Made by a program: the position numbers and the translations under genes
Assembly: GCA_038087875.1 (NCBI GenBank)
Contig: CM075992.1
Location: forward strand, 4,838,001-4,902,000
DNA: 64,000 bases
Origin: Malacoraja senta
Taxonomy: Eukaryota
Reading direction: 5' to 3'
The notes under the pieces: generated by a model
What the model was told of the DNA's origin: nothing
Seen by the model: only the letters and a program-made list of their open reading frames with translations
Database searches by the model: none
Part shown: positions 1 to 11,401 of the stretch, piece by piece
How the letters are laid out: each line of letters begins with the position of its first letter
Position numbering within the stretch: the stretch's first letter is position 1

Positions 1-880
1 TCCTAAATCAGAGCCTGAGCTAGAAGCGGGGCCTGCAGACGGAGCTGGAGCACGTGTGCGATCAGGCATCGATTGCAGCTTGCTGTGACAGCGAGCTGCA
101 CCTCGCACTTTCAGTTTCCTTGCAGCAGAGATGAGCCTGTGGTAGATGTCATGTTACTCTGCACAGCTAACGTTCTACCGGAGAGTGCCAGCCATGGCCG
201 TGGGTGGAGCCTTGCATTTCAGGAGCGGTGGTCGCGGCTGTTCAAGCCACAACACTTCATGTTTCACCAACCAACCATCCCCACCCCAACATCCCCTCCC
301 CACTGCTGAGAACACTCCATCACCTTCCTTTATTACCCAACAATAACATTCCGCCCCCCCTCTCAATCAGTCTGACACAAAACATTGCCTATCCATGTTC
401 TCGTTGAGTTACTCCAGCACTTTGTGTCTTTTTTAAAATTAGCCAGCAGCTGGAAAAAGGGCCTCGACCCAAAACGTCACTGTTCTCCAAAGATGCTGCC
501 TGACCCGTTTGGTCACTCCAGCACGATGTGTCCTTTTTTGTAAGCCAGCATCTGCAGTTCCTTCATGGCCTACTGGCACCTGTTGCCGTGGGAATGAACT
601 AAAAATCTGAAAGGGCACTTCCCTGGCTTTGACATGCCCCACCTCTCATCCAGCTTTCTCCCCCCTTCTGTCATCAGTCTGAAGAAGGGTCCCGACCCAT
701 ATCCATGTTCTCCACAGTTCTGGTGGCTTTCTCCAGCACTCTGTGTTTTATGCTCGAGAAAACAGCATCGGCAGTTCCTTGTGTCTTCAAATGCCCTTCG
801 ATGCCTTCAGAAGCATTTTGAGAGATAAGCACAATAACTCGGCAAAATTCCCTCAGTGGAACAAATGAAAGATAAATGGA

Positions 881-991
881 AGGTACACAAAAATGCTGGA
901 GAAACTCAGCGGGTGCAGCAGCATCTATGGAGCGAAGGAAATAGGCAACGTTTCGGGCCGAAACCCATCTTCAGACTCCTTCTTTCTATCA
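881..991 (-). mobile_element. Penelope-like pseudo-LTR unit with 14-bp target site duplication
   Basis: Matches the window-wide ~110-130 bp repeat that follows GIY-YIG fragments elsewhere; flanked by GAAAGATAAATGGA at 867-880 and 992-1005. Confidence 0.75.
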
Positions 992-1604
992 GAAAGATAA
1001 ATGGATGTGTTTCTGCAGCAACTTTCTCAATTCAATGACTAGGGCGATTTCCCAAGTCAATAACTGAAGGAAATATTCACAGGTTCATTGGTAAAATCAG
1101 AGAGGTTGAGGAAAAATGCTTTCTTACAAAATGTGGTAGGAGTCTGGAACTGACTGCTTGGCATTGGTTTGTTATGTGTTCCCGAGTCTTGTGGTAGATG
1201 CTTTCGAGCTTTTATATCTTCTTTTGATGGAGCAGGCAGAAGAGGGAATGACCAGGTGGGGGGGAAAAGTTGATATGGTGGCTGCTTTCTCAAGGCTGTG
1301 TGAAATGTAGATGAAGTCGATGGTGGGGAGTCTGGTCTGTGTGGTGATCTGGGCTACGTCCACAAGTCTCAGCAATGTCTTGCTTGAGATGGTGGCTGGG
1401 GTATTGTTTCTAAACATTAAAAGGTGCCTGGTTGACGACTTGATGTCCTTTAACTTAAAGGCTACTAGCCATGTAATGGCTGGTGTGGACGCGATGGACC
1501 GAATGGCCTCATACAAGGCTTCAAAAAATTCCTGTGATCATATCTATTGTAAAGCTAGATAACATCAAAAATCTGCCTACCCACCATTCTACCTCCAGGT
1601 CCCT

Positions 1605-1812
1605 CAGGTCTAGACTTAAAACTTATTTCTACGCACAAGCGTTTCTTGAGGTCCTCTGAGGGAGCGCTGTATGTATGTATTTATGTATGTATTGTTAGAT
1701 CTATGTACCACTGTATGTAGCATGTTAGTACCTGCACTGATGTAAAGCACTTTGGTCAACGAGAGTTGTTTTTAAATGTGCTATAGAAATAAAATTGACT
1801 TGACTTGACTTG
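1605..1812 (+). mobile_element. L2 LINE 3' end
   Basis: Encodes SRLKTYFYAQAF (L2 ORF2 C-terminus-like), followed by TGTAAAGCACTTTGG...GTGCTATAGAAATAAA and a (TTGAC)n tail. Confidence 0.7.
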
Positions 1813-2914
1813 ATAACAATGCCGAACTTGCTGAGAATGCCGAACATAGAATTACTGACATCTGCAGGGTTCCCTTGTCCCCAGAGGGCCCAGAACACAA
1901 TGATTACTTTTTGGAATGCAGTCTCTGCACAGAGAACAAGGTTCAGAAACAGCAGACACAAGAGGCTGCAGATGCTGGAATCTGGAGAAAAAAATCAAAC
2001 TGCTGGAGGAACAAAGAAGATCAAAGTGGAGCGTGATTACTAATGACCGGATAATTTGCTTTGACCGAGATATTGAATGAGAAGTGTAGGAATTAACTAG
2101 AAATGCTGGTTTAAACCAAAGATCGACACAAAACGCTGAAGTAACTCAGCGAGCAGGCAGGTTTAAACCAGCATCTGCAGTTCCTTCCTACACACGGCTT
2201 TGTATGTTGGCTGTTTTGCCAAGGCAGTGTGAAGATTAGTGGAACCATCTTTAAAAAAATGAAGAGGAACTTATGAAGTGGCTTAAGTAAAAACATATGT
2301 ATTGGGCCACACTTTCACATGACAATCATCCTTCAGAAATGCAGTGAGTGCCAATCTAGACTCAAATCCTCACACAAGTAAGAGTTGAACCCACAACCTT
2401 CTGAGTCAGAGGTAAGAGTATTAGATATTGGGCCACGATAAGATTAAGTTGCAAAATATTTGCAGCAATGGTGTATAAGCTAAGTTGTGAAATATTGATA
2501 GCAGCACAGAGGCTATGATAAGTTAAAATCATAGTCACCGAAGGCCATTCAACCCTTCAAGCCCATACCAGCTCCTGTCAATCTTGCAAACCTGTTCTTT
2601 CCCCACATTATTCTCTCTCAAGGGCTATTCCAGCTCCATTACAAAAGCAGTGAATGATTCCATTTCCATCTACCTCAGAAGCAGCAATTTCCTGAATAAA
2701 ATCTGTTCTCTCAATAGTATGTGTTTTTTCATCACGCCTTGCCCAAAGTTTTAAATCTTGACCCTTGTTCTTGAACCGATTGCTCTGTGTAATAATGCTG
2801 GCAACACTGCCATAGATAATGGATGCAAGGCTGATCAAGACTAGGAATAGTATTAAGATACAGTAGCTGTAGGAATGTTATGTTTTCACAGAACATTGAC
2901 CATGGGATTATTTA

Positions 2915-3237
2915 GGAGCAGAGCAGCTGGTAAAGCTGTTGCCTCACAGCGCCAGAGGCCTGAGTTCAATCCTGACCTTGCGTGTTGACTGTGTGGAGTT
3001 TGCACGTTCATCCTGTGACCGCGTATGTTTCCTCTGAGTGGCTTTGGATTCCTCCCACATCCCCTAAAGACATGCGGGTTTGTAGGTTAATTGGCCTCTG
3101 AAAATTGCCCCCAGTATGTCGGGAAATTGGGATCACATAGCACGAGTGTGAACGAATGATTGATGGTCAGCATGGTCTCGCTGGGCCAAATGGCCAGTTT
3201 CCATGCTGTATCTTTCAATCAATTTCAATCAATCAAT
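2915..3237 (+). mobile_element. tRNA-derived V-SINE (HE1-like), diverged
   Basis: A/B-box-like head (GAGTTCAATCC), V-domain-like ...TTCCTCCCACAT...AAAGAC, CR1-like tail and (TCAA)n end. Confidence 0.75.
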
Positions 3238-3664
3238 TTAGCGCAACATGCAACAACTTTAACACCACTAGTGTTATACAATGCACAGAACTTTAGGAAC
3301 TGCAAATTCTGGAATCATCCACTAAGTGCTGGAGCAACTCAACGCATCAGGCAGCATCTCGGAAGGACATCGATAGGCGATATTTCAGTTCAGGATCCAT
3401 CTGAAGTAGTTACCTGATCCCAAATATCTGCTATCCATGTCCTCCAGAGATATTACCTGACCCACTGAGTTACTCCATCAGTTTGTGTTCTACACAATGC
3501 TTTATAGTTGGACTTAATTTTTGGGGAAGTTTTAACTAACTGAAAAACAAAAAAAGGAATTTGGAAGAGTAATTCTTTTCCACTTATAATCGTCCTTATC
3601 AGCAATAAATGTCAACAATGCAGATTCTACATTTTTGTTCTTTTTGCTTTAAGAATGTTGCACA

Positions 3665-3932
3665 TTCAGCTTAGTTCAGTTTAGAGATCCAGCGCGGAAA
3701 CAGGCCCTTCGGCCCACCGAATCCGCACCGAACAGCGATCGCCGCACGTTAACACACACTCAGAATAATTAGAATTTATACCAAGCCAATTAACCTACAA
3801 ACCTGTACGTGTGGAAGGAAACCGAAGATCTTGGTGAAAACCCACGCGGTCATGGGGAGAACGTACAAACTCCGTACAGACAGCACCTATAGTCGGAATC
3901 GAACCTGGGCTGTAAGGTAGCTACTCTACCGC
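3665..3932 (-). mobile_element. V-SINE (HE1-like)
   Basis: Reverse complement of the SINE consensus seen at 18253 and 51270. Confidence 0.8.
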
Positions 3933-3975
3933 AATAATCCCTTTGATGTATGGATACACTTGGTAGTAGCCTGAA

Positions 3976-4531
3976 AGATACATAGATACATAGAAAATAG
4001 GTGCAGGAGTAGGCCATTCGGCCCTTCGAGCCTGCACCGCCATTCAATATGATCATGGCTGATCATCCAACTCAGTATCCCGTACCTGCCTTCTCTCCAT
4101 ACCCCCTGATCCCTTTAGCCACAAGGGCCACATCTAACTCCTTCTTAAATATAGCCAATGAACTGGCCTCAACTACCCTCTGTGGCAGAGAGTTCCAGAG
4201 ATTCACCACTCTCTGTGTGAAAAAGTTTGTCCTCATCTCGGTCTTAAAGGATTTCCCCCTTATCCTTAAGCTGTGACCCCTTGTCCTGGACTTCCCCAAC
4301 ATCGGGAACAATATTCCTGCATCTAGCCTGTCCAACCCCATAAGAATTTTGTACGTTTCTATAAGATCCCCTCTCAATCTCCTAAATTCTAGCGAGTATA
4401 AGCCAAGTCTATCCAGTCTTTCTTCATATGAAAGTCCTGACATCCCAGGAATCAGTCTGGTGAACCTTCTCTGCACTCCCTCTATGGCTATAATGTCCTT
4501 CCTCAGATTTGGAGACCAAAACTGTACGCAA
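3976..4531 (-). mobile_element. CR1 LINE 3' fragment (ORF2 C-terminus, 3'UTR, tandem tail)
   Basis: ORF 4072-4476 QRRFTRLIPG...LYSLEFRRLRGDLIETYKI...RVVNLWNSLP is CR1 ORF2 C-terminus; TTTCTATG-type tail. Confidence 0.92.
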
Positions 4532-5021
4532 GATGGGGGATAAATGTGGACGTCACATTGGCTTTGAATGTCAGTATTTTGTTATCACTTCTAATTTCAA
4601 TATTTACATTCATGAGAATGAAGTTGACGCCACCCTTGATTGGAGTCCTTTTGATGACGAAAAATGTTTGATTTTCCACAACACCGACGAAAATGTGCAA
4701 GAAAAGGCCCCAATCTAAATCAACAATAAAACCTCAAAACTTCAAACGCTCTCAATAATTTCCAAGCCAGCACTGTATCGCACAAGGTTTAACGGTCCCA
4801 ATACATATTTTCACGCTGAACACTAATATAGAAAATGGAAACAAAAGATTCTCAGCAGGTCAGGCAGCATCCGTGGAAAAAAGTTTATGTTTTGGATCAA
4901 CAACTGCTTTTACAAATTTTGCTGCCTTATCTATTTTTACTTCCACATTTTGCTTTTATTCTGTTGGATTAATAATTAAATGAAAACTAAATTGTAGCAA
5001 ACGGATGAAAGAGCACAGGAA

Positions 5022-5620
5022 AGGTAGATAAAAATGCTGGAGAAGCTCAGCGGGTGAGGCAGCATCTATGGAGCGAAGGAATAGGTCACGTTTCGGGTCG
5101 AGACCCTTCTTCAGATTCCTATTCCTTCGCTCCATAGATGCTGCCTCACCTGCTGAGTTTCTCCAGCATTTTTATCTACCTTCGATTTTTCCAGCATCTG
5201 CAGTTCCTTCTTAAACAAAGTGAACAGGGAAGTGTAATTTATAAAGAGAGATTCAAAGTACTGGAGTAACTCAGGGGGTCAGGCAGCATCTCTGGAGAAC
5301 ATGGATGGGTGACATTTTGGGTCGGGACCCTTATTCAGACTGAAAAAGGATCCTGACCCAAAATGTCACCCATTCTTTTTGTCCAGAGATGCTGCCTGAC
5401 CCTCTAAGTTACTCAGTCTGGAGAAGGGTTTCGGACCGAAACGGTGCCTATTTCCTTCGCTCCATAGATGCTGCCTCACCCGCTGAGTTTCTCCAGCATT
5501 TTTGTCTACCTTCGATTTTCCAGCATCTGCAGTTCCTACTTAGACATTTTGTCTACTCCAGCACTTTGTGTCTATCTTTGGTAATAATCCAGCATCCGCA
5601 GTCCTTTGTTTCTACGTGTA
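5022..5620. mobile_element. Cluster of inverted and nested Penelope-like pLTR units
   Basis: Several back-to-back copies of GCTGGAG(T/A)AACTCAGCGGG...GCAGCATCT...GTTTCGGGTCGAGACCCTTCTTCAG and its reverse complement. Confidence 0.75.
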
Positions 5621-6107
5621 ATTAATGGTCTAACATATGCAAGATATGATAAAATTAATACGTTTTCTCTTGTGTCTCTTTCTTTCAGATACTCCACTGT
5701 GTTCTGTGGCATGTTTAACTGTCAGTATCACCAGCACTGTTCTGCATTATCTACCATTGCTTTGTGTGTTAAGTAACTTACCAATGAATTGCAAATAACA
5801 TCCTCTCCAGTCTCCTCTGGTGATTCTCTACAGCAGTGTTAATTCATAATAATTCTGTGATCAGGCACTCTCAGCAGACACATTGTTTCCATAATTTACA
5901 ATAAATTGAATCATGTGCATTTAAGCCATGGAAGGAGGCCATTCAGCCCTTTATAACCATACCAGCAATAGAATTGTAGAAGTGAAGAAATGCAGATGCT
6001 GAAGAAGAGTCCCGACCCGAAACATCACCTAACCTATTTCTCCAGTGTCATAGAGATAGAGTCATTCAGCGTAGAAAAATGCCCATTGGCCCCACACTGG
6101 CCAATAC

Positions 6108-6456
6108 GACAGATGGCGCAATGGGCTAAGTGTTCGGCTGGCAACCGGAAGGTAGCCGGTTCGAATCCCGCTTGGAGTGCATACTGTTGTTGTGTCCTTG
6201 GGCAAGACACTTCACCCACCTTTGCCTGCGTGTGAATGTGTGTGAATGTGTGTGAGTGATTGGTGGTGGTCGGAGGGGCCGTAGGCGCAGATTAGCAGCC
6301 ACGCTTCCGTCAGTCTGCCCCAGGGCAGCTGTGGCTACAGAAGTAGCTCACCACCACCGAGTGTGACTGAGGAGTGAATGAATAATGCGATGTAAAGCGC
6401 CTTGAGTATTAGAAAGGCGCTATATAAATCCCATCCATTATTATTATTATTATTAT
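6108..6456 (+). mobile_element. tRNA-derived CORE-type SINE with L2-type tail (distinct from the V-SINE)
   Basis: A box TGGCGCAATGG, B box GGTTCGAATCC, CORE-like GTGTCCTTGGGCAAGACACTTCACCC, L2-like TGTAAAGCGCCTTGAG...AAGGCGCTATATAAAT, (ATT)n tail. Confidence 0.85.
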
Positions 6457-6543
6457 ACTAGTCCCACCTGCCTACATTAGGCCCATATCCTTCTAAACCT
6501 GTATATATTCCATATATCTGTCTAAATGTTTCTTAAACATTGC

Positions 6544-6683
6544 TTCTTCTTCTTGCGTATGGCATGCACAGCCTAAAGTTGTAAGACAACTTGTTCTATT
6601 TGATCTTATTTAATTGTGCACGTCGGGTTGATTGCATTAGTTGAAACAGGGTGGACCACATGAAGGTTGCAATCTCCCACCCC
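6544..6683 (-). mobile_element. Short (~140 nt) non-autonomous retroposon, family A (ribozyme-headed, possibly Ingi/Vingi-derived)
   Basis: TSD CTTAAAC(A/G)TTGC at 6532-6543 and 6684-6695; 3' end CCATACGCAAGAAGAAG; second copy at 38685-38814 starts at the same base. Confidence 0.85.
6630..6683 (-). ncRNA. Minimal HDV-like self-cleaving ribozyme (predicted)
   Basis: GGGGUGG-GA-GAUUGCA-ACC-UUCAUGU-GGU-CCACCCU-G-UUUCAA-CUAA-UGCAAUC: P1 7 bp with G1.U, P2 7 bp, P3 3 bp, 7-nt L3, J4/2 CUAA. Confidence 0.8.
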
Positions 6684-6739
6684 CTTAAACGTTGCAATAC
6701 TACCTGCTTCAACTACCTCCTCCGGCAGCTCGTTCTATA

Positions 6740-7015
6740 GTTTAGCGATACAGCATGGAAACGGGCCTTTTGGCCCACCAAGTCCACACCTACCATCGAT
6801 CACCAGTTCACACTAGTTCCACTTTCGCCTCCACTCCCTACACATTAGGGCCGATTTACAGAGGCCGACTAAACTACAAACCCGCACGTCTTTGGGATGT
6901 GGGAAGACAGTGGAGCACCTGGCCAGAAACCCACGTGGTCACTGGGAGAGCGTGCAAACTCCACACAGGCAGCAACCTGTGATCAGTGTGAGGCAGCAAT
7001 TCTGCCTCTGCCCCA
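6740..7015 (-). mobile_element. V-SINE (HE1-like), diverged
   Basis: Reverse complement of V-domain and CR1-like tail. Confidence 0.7.
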
Positions 7016-7741
7016 ATGCTTAAGCATGTGTCCAGTCTGACAATAAGGGCACCATCTCTCGTCAACCAAGTGAAATAAAACCAGAAACTATGGAAAACAT
7101 GCCAACATCTGCACATTTTTGGTTTTCATCATCTGATTTATACTTTATTTCTATTGATATCTATGGCAGCAGCTGCAAATGGTTTATTATTACATATTTT
7201 AAACTCAGATTTTATATATATATATATTTATATATAATAAATAAACCATGTGTGTGGGAGGAACCACAATAGAAATCTCTGTCAGAGAGGAAAAAAAATG
7301 TTTTGGATTCATTTGTGGATCGTGGCACGATGCAAACTCCTTGAGATAATTACCAGTGATACGTTTTCCACTCATCTTTCTCCATTTATTAACCGCGGTT
7401 AGTTTGGGATTTGGGATGTCATGCCGGAGAGAGATGGCTGTGGCTCCTGATCTAGGTAATGTAGGTTTCTCTCCGCACTAACCCAGCCCCTGGTAATGTA
7501 GAACTCCCTTAGATTAGCACAGGCTTCAGGGCCAACTTCCAGTGCTAAATTCATGACTATGATCTTTTCAATAGGCACGTGGCTGTGCAGGGAATGGAGG
7601 AATATGGATCGTGTACAAGCAGATGAGATTAATTTAACTTGGCATCAGGAACTGCAGATGCTGGTTTAAACCGAAGATAGACACAAAAAGCTGGAGTCAT
7701 TGAACGGGTCAGGCAGCATCTCTGAAGAAATTAGTAGGTGA

Positions 7742-8025
7742 CATAGAAACATAGAAACATAGAAGATAGGTGCAGGAGGAGGCCATTCGGCCCTTCGAGC
7801 CAGCACCGCCATTCATTGTGATCATGGCTGATCTGTCCCCTTTCAATAACCCGTGCCTGCCTTCTCCCCATATCCCTTGACTCCACTAGCCCCTAGAGCT
7901 CTATCTAACTCTCTCTTAACTCCATCCAGTGACTTGGCCTCCACTGCCCTCTGTGGCAGGGAATTCCATAAATTCACAAGTTTTTTCTCACCTCAGTTTT
8001 AAATGACCTCCCCTTTATTCTAAGA
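7742..8025 (-). mobile_element. CR1 LINE 3' fragment nested in a PLE pLTR pair
   Basis: (CATAGAAA)n tail and CR1 3'UTR similar to 3976-4270; pLTR sequence resumes on both sides. Confidence 0.8.
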
Positions 8026-8724
8026 CGATTCGAGTGGAGACCCTTCTTAAGGTCTGATCCCAAAATATCACCTATTCCTTTTCTGCAGAGATGCTGCCTG
8101 ACCTGGTGAGTTACTCCAGCTTTTTGTGCCTAATTTGGCATCATGTTCAGCACAAACATTGCGGGCCGAAAGGCCTGGACTGGTCTATGTTCTGTGATCC
8201 AGCGCGCGCATGCTACCCACTAAACCGCGACTACTGCAGTGAGGAACTGACAAAATTCACTAAAAAGAAATCAGAAACCTGCTCAGAGAAAGGCAGCATC
8301 AGCGAAAAAACAAAATCATCCTCTCTTTGTGGAAGTGAAAGACCGTAAGCAGCGATTGTAATCTTTGTCAAAACCTGTCACAAGTGAAGTGAAAGCTGTG
8401 CTATATATAAAAAAAACTTTGCAATGAGGATGTGAAATGCCGAAGTGAATCGTGATGTGGTAAGGGTCTACGCCAGAGACATCCTTAATCCAGTTTCAAA
8501 GCACGCCTCGTTTCTCCAATACACGCAGGTACATGCCGAACACATATTAAACATCATGCTTCATCATCTCTCCGTGGGACCAATATTGATGCCTAAGCAA
8601 TAAAGGGTCACTCTTTATATATCTTATCACCTTGGTGGAAAGTCAAGAAGCAAGAGTGTTTCATTGTCAAATGTCCCCAACAGAACAATACAATTCTTAC
8701 TTGCAGCAGCACAACAGAATGCAA

Positions 8725-8970
8725 CAGGCCCAGGTTCGGTCCTAACTACGGGTGCTGTCTGCGCGGAGTTTGCACGTTCTCCCCGTGACCTGCGTGGGTT
8801 TTCTCCGGGATCTCTGGTTTCCTCCCTCACTCCAAAGACGTGCGGAGATTTGTAAGTTAATTGTCCCTGGTTTGTATCGGATAGTGCAAGTGTGCAGGAG
8901 CCGCTGGTCAGCGTGCACACAGTGGGCTGAAGGGCCTGTTTCTGCGCTGTATCACTGAACTAAAAGCTAA
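8725..8970 (+). mobile_element. V-SINE (HE1-like), 5' truncated
   Basis: B box GGTTCGGTCC, V-domain and tail. Confidence 0.75.
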
Positions 8971-9309
8971 AAAAAATGTTAACATAGTACTTTGTAAACC
9001 ATATAATAAACAAGAAAAATATATTGCTCAATCCTTCAGGCTGGAATGCAAGAAATGGATCGACCATTGGCAGAAGTTCTATATCAGAAACATTGCACAA
9101 TTAATGTTCTGTTTTGCAATGTGTTGGTTAAAATTACCGTCCCGCCTTTGAATGCATTTTGGTTATATCTCTGCTGGGTGGATGGGACCTCAGTTTTACA
9201 TCTTACCTGAAAAACATGTGCACCTCACGATAAGTTGTGCCTTTACATATCGTCCTCATAAGATCCAAAATTGCTACATAGACCCAGCAAAGTCCATTAC
9301 AAATTCTTA

Positions 9310-10580
9310 GTGCATAACTTCCTGAAAGTACCAACACATGTAGATAGAATGGTAAAGAAGGCATATGGTATACTTGCTTTCATTGATCGGGGCATTGAGT
9401 ATAAGAATCAGGAGATCATGATACGGATTTAGAGGACTTTGGTTAGGCCGCATTTGGAGTATTGTAAATAGTTCTGGTCACCCCATTACATGGGCCGAAT
9501 GCACTATGGGAACTACACTCGCCCCTCTGCAGGAACTATGCATCAGAAGGTGCAGATCCAGAGCCAGCAACATTATGGGGGACCCCTTCCACCCCAGCAA
9601 CGGACTGTTCCAGCTGCTACGGTCAGGCAAACGCCTCCGCTGTCATGCTGTGAAAACAGAGAGGATGAGAAGGAGTTTCTTCCCAGAGGCCATTAGGACT
9701 GTAAACTCTTACCTCACCAGGGACTAACTTACTGTACTAATTTACTGTTGCGTTGTGTCTTTTTTAAATTGCTGTTTTTTTCTCACAAATATGTAATTAC
9801 TGATTCAGTTCCATTCTGTTTTGTATGTTTTTTTGCACAATCCACAAGCATTGCCACTTTTCATTTCACTGCACATCTTGTTTGCGTATGTGACGAATAA
9901 ACTTGACTTGACTTGACTCGACCTGAAGGACGTGGTGGCTTTAGAAAGAGTTCACAAGAGGTTTACCAGAATGATACCTGGATTAAAGGATGTTAGCTAT
10001 AAGGAGTGGTTAGGCAGACTTGGATTGCTTTCTCTGGAATGCCAAAGGTTGGGGTAAGACTTGACGAAGTACAGTAAATTATGGGATGCATGGATAGGGA
10101 AGATAGACAGAAGCTTTTACCCAGAGTGGAAAGATACAAAACTAGAGGGCATAGCTTTATGGTGAAGGGACCAAAATGTTAAAGGAGATGTGCAGGGTAA
10201 GGTTTTACACAGAGGCTGGTGGGGTGCTTTGAACGCGCTTCCAGTGGTGGTGGTGGAGGTGGTGGAGGCAGATACAGTCATGTAGTCATAAGAGTCGTAC
10301 AGCGAGAAAACAGGCCCTTGGGCCCAACGTGCTCATTCCAACCAACATGCCGCATCTAAACTAGTCCCATCTGCCTGTGTTTGGCCTATATCCTTCTAAA
10401 CCTATCCAATCCATGTACCTGTCCACATGGAACAGTCATGGTGTTTAAGAGGCTTTTGGACATTGCAATATTTGTATATGGATCATGTGTAGGTAGATGG
10501 GATAGTTTATCTTGGCATTATGTTCGGTACGGACTGTATGGGCCGGAGGGCCTGTTCGTTTGCCGTATTGTTCTATGTTC
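9310..10580 (+). mobile_element. Old CR1 LINE fragment interrupted by Rex1 and other inserts
   Basis: Decayed HVDRMVKKAYGILAFI...LVRPHLEYC...WSPHY, resuming after 9925 with RFTRMIPGL and CR1 3'UTR. Confidence 0.75.
9490..9920 (+). mobile_element. Rex1/Babar-clade LINE 3' end
   Basis: ORF 9506-9727 (RASNIMGDPFHPSNGLFQLLRSGKRLR...SFFPEAIRTVN), 3'UTR, AATAAA and (ACTTG)n tail. Confidence 0.85.
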
Positions 10581-10813
10581 AAAGACTAGTCACCAGTCAA
10601 TGCGAAAACATGTAAGGCAGTTGGAGCGATGCAAGCTAGTACCAGCAGTGGTGTTCAAAGGGCCAGGCAGTCTATGTCAATAATGTTGGGTGATGAACAC
10701 TGACAGGATACTGGGACGTATTCTCTTTCTCCACCAACATGGTGCCATGAGATCTTTTATACCCATGTGGTGGGATCTTTTATACCCAGTCAACTAGCAT
10801 CATAAAGGAACCA

Positions 10814-11031
10814 GGTATACAAAAGTGCTGGAGAAACTCAGCGGGTGCAGCAGCATCTATGGGGCGAAGGAAATAGGCGACGTTTCAGGCCGAAACCCTT
10901 CTTCAGACTGCTAAAACTGTCTTCGGAGGGAGGAGGAGAAGGAGAACTTCTTCAAAGTAGGCATACCTTGAGGAGATTTCGCAGTGGAGTAGACAAAGTG
11001 TTTAAGAAAGAACTGCAGATGCTGGAAATGA
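10814..11031 (-). mobile_element. Penelope-like fragment with 13-bp TSD
   Basis: CATAAAGGAACCA at 10801-10813 and 11032-11044; pLTR pieces flank a ~95 bp segment not seen in other units. Confidence 0.75.
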
Positions 11032-11401
11032 CATAAAGGAACCACATCACCTTGGCCACACTCTCGTTTCACTCCTGCCATTGGGATGAAGATATAGGAG
11101 TCTGAAAACTATAACGTCCAGGTTCAGGAACAGCTTCTTCCCAACAACTGTCAGGCTATTGAACACTACAAACTCCAACCAAGCTCTGAACTACAAACTG
11201 CCTTGGTTGCACTTGGGACTTGGAGCTTTGTTTTGTATTTACACTATTTTACATACAATACAATGCGGAAACAGGCCCTTCAGCCCAACTTGCCCACACC
11301 ACCATGTCCCAGCTACACCAGTCCCACCTGCCTGCATTTGGCTCATATCCTTCCAAACCTGTTCCATCTATGTACCTGTCTAAATGTTTCTAAAATGTAG
11401 C

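Noticed and set aside
1172..1562. Overlapping 114-aa and 83-aa ORFs
   Set aside because: Lie in decayed LINE-like sequence; no coherent protein signature.
6108..6180. tRNA gene
   Set aside because: A and B boxes belong to a SINE head; no acceptor stem. The same applies to the V-SINE heads.
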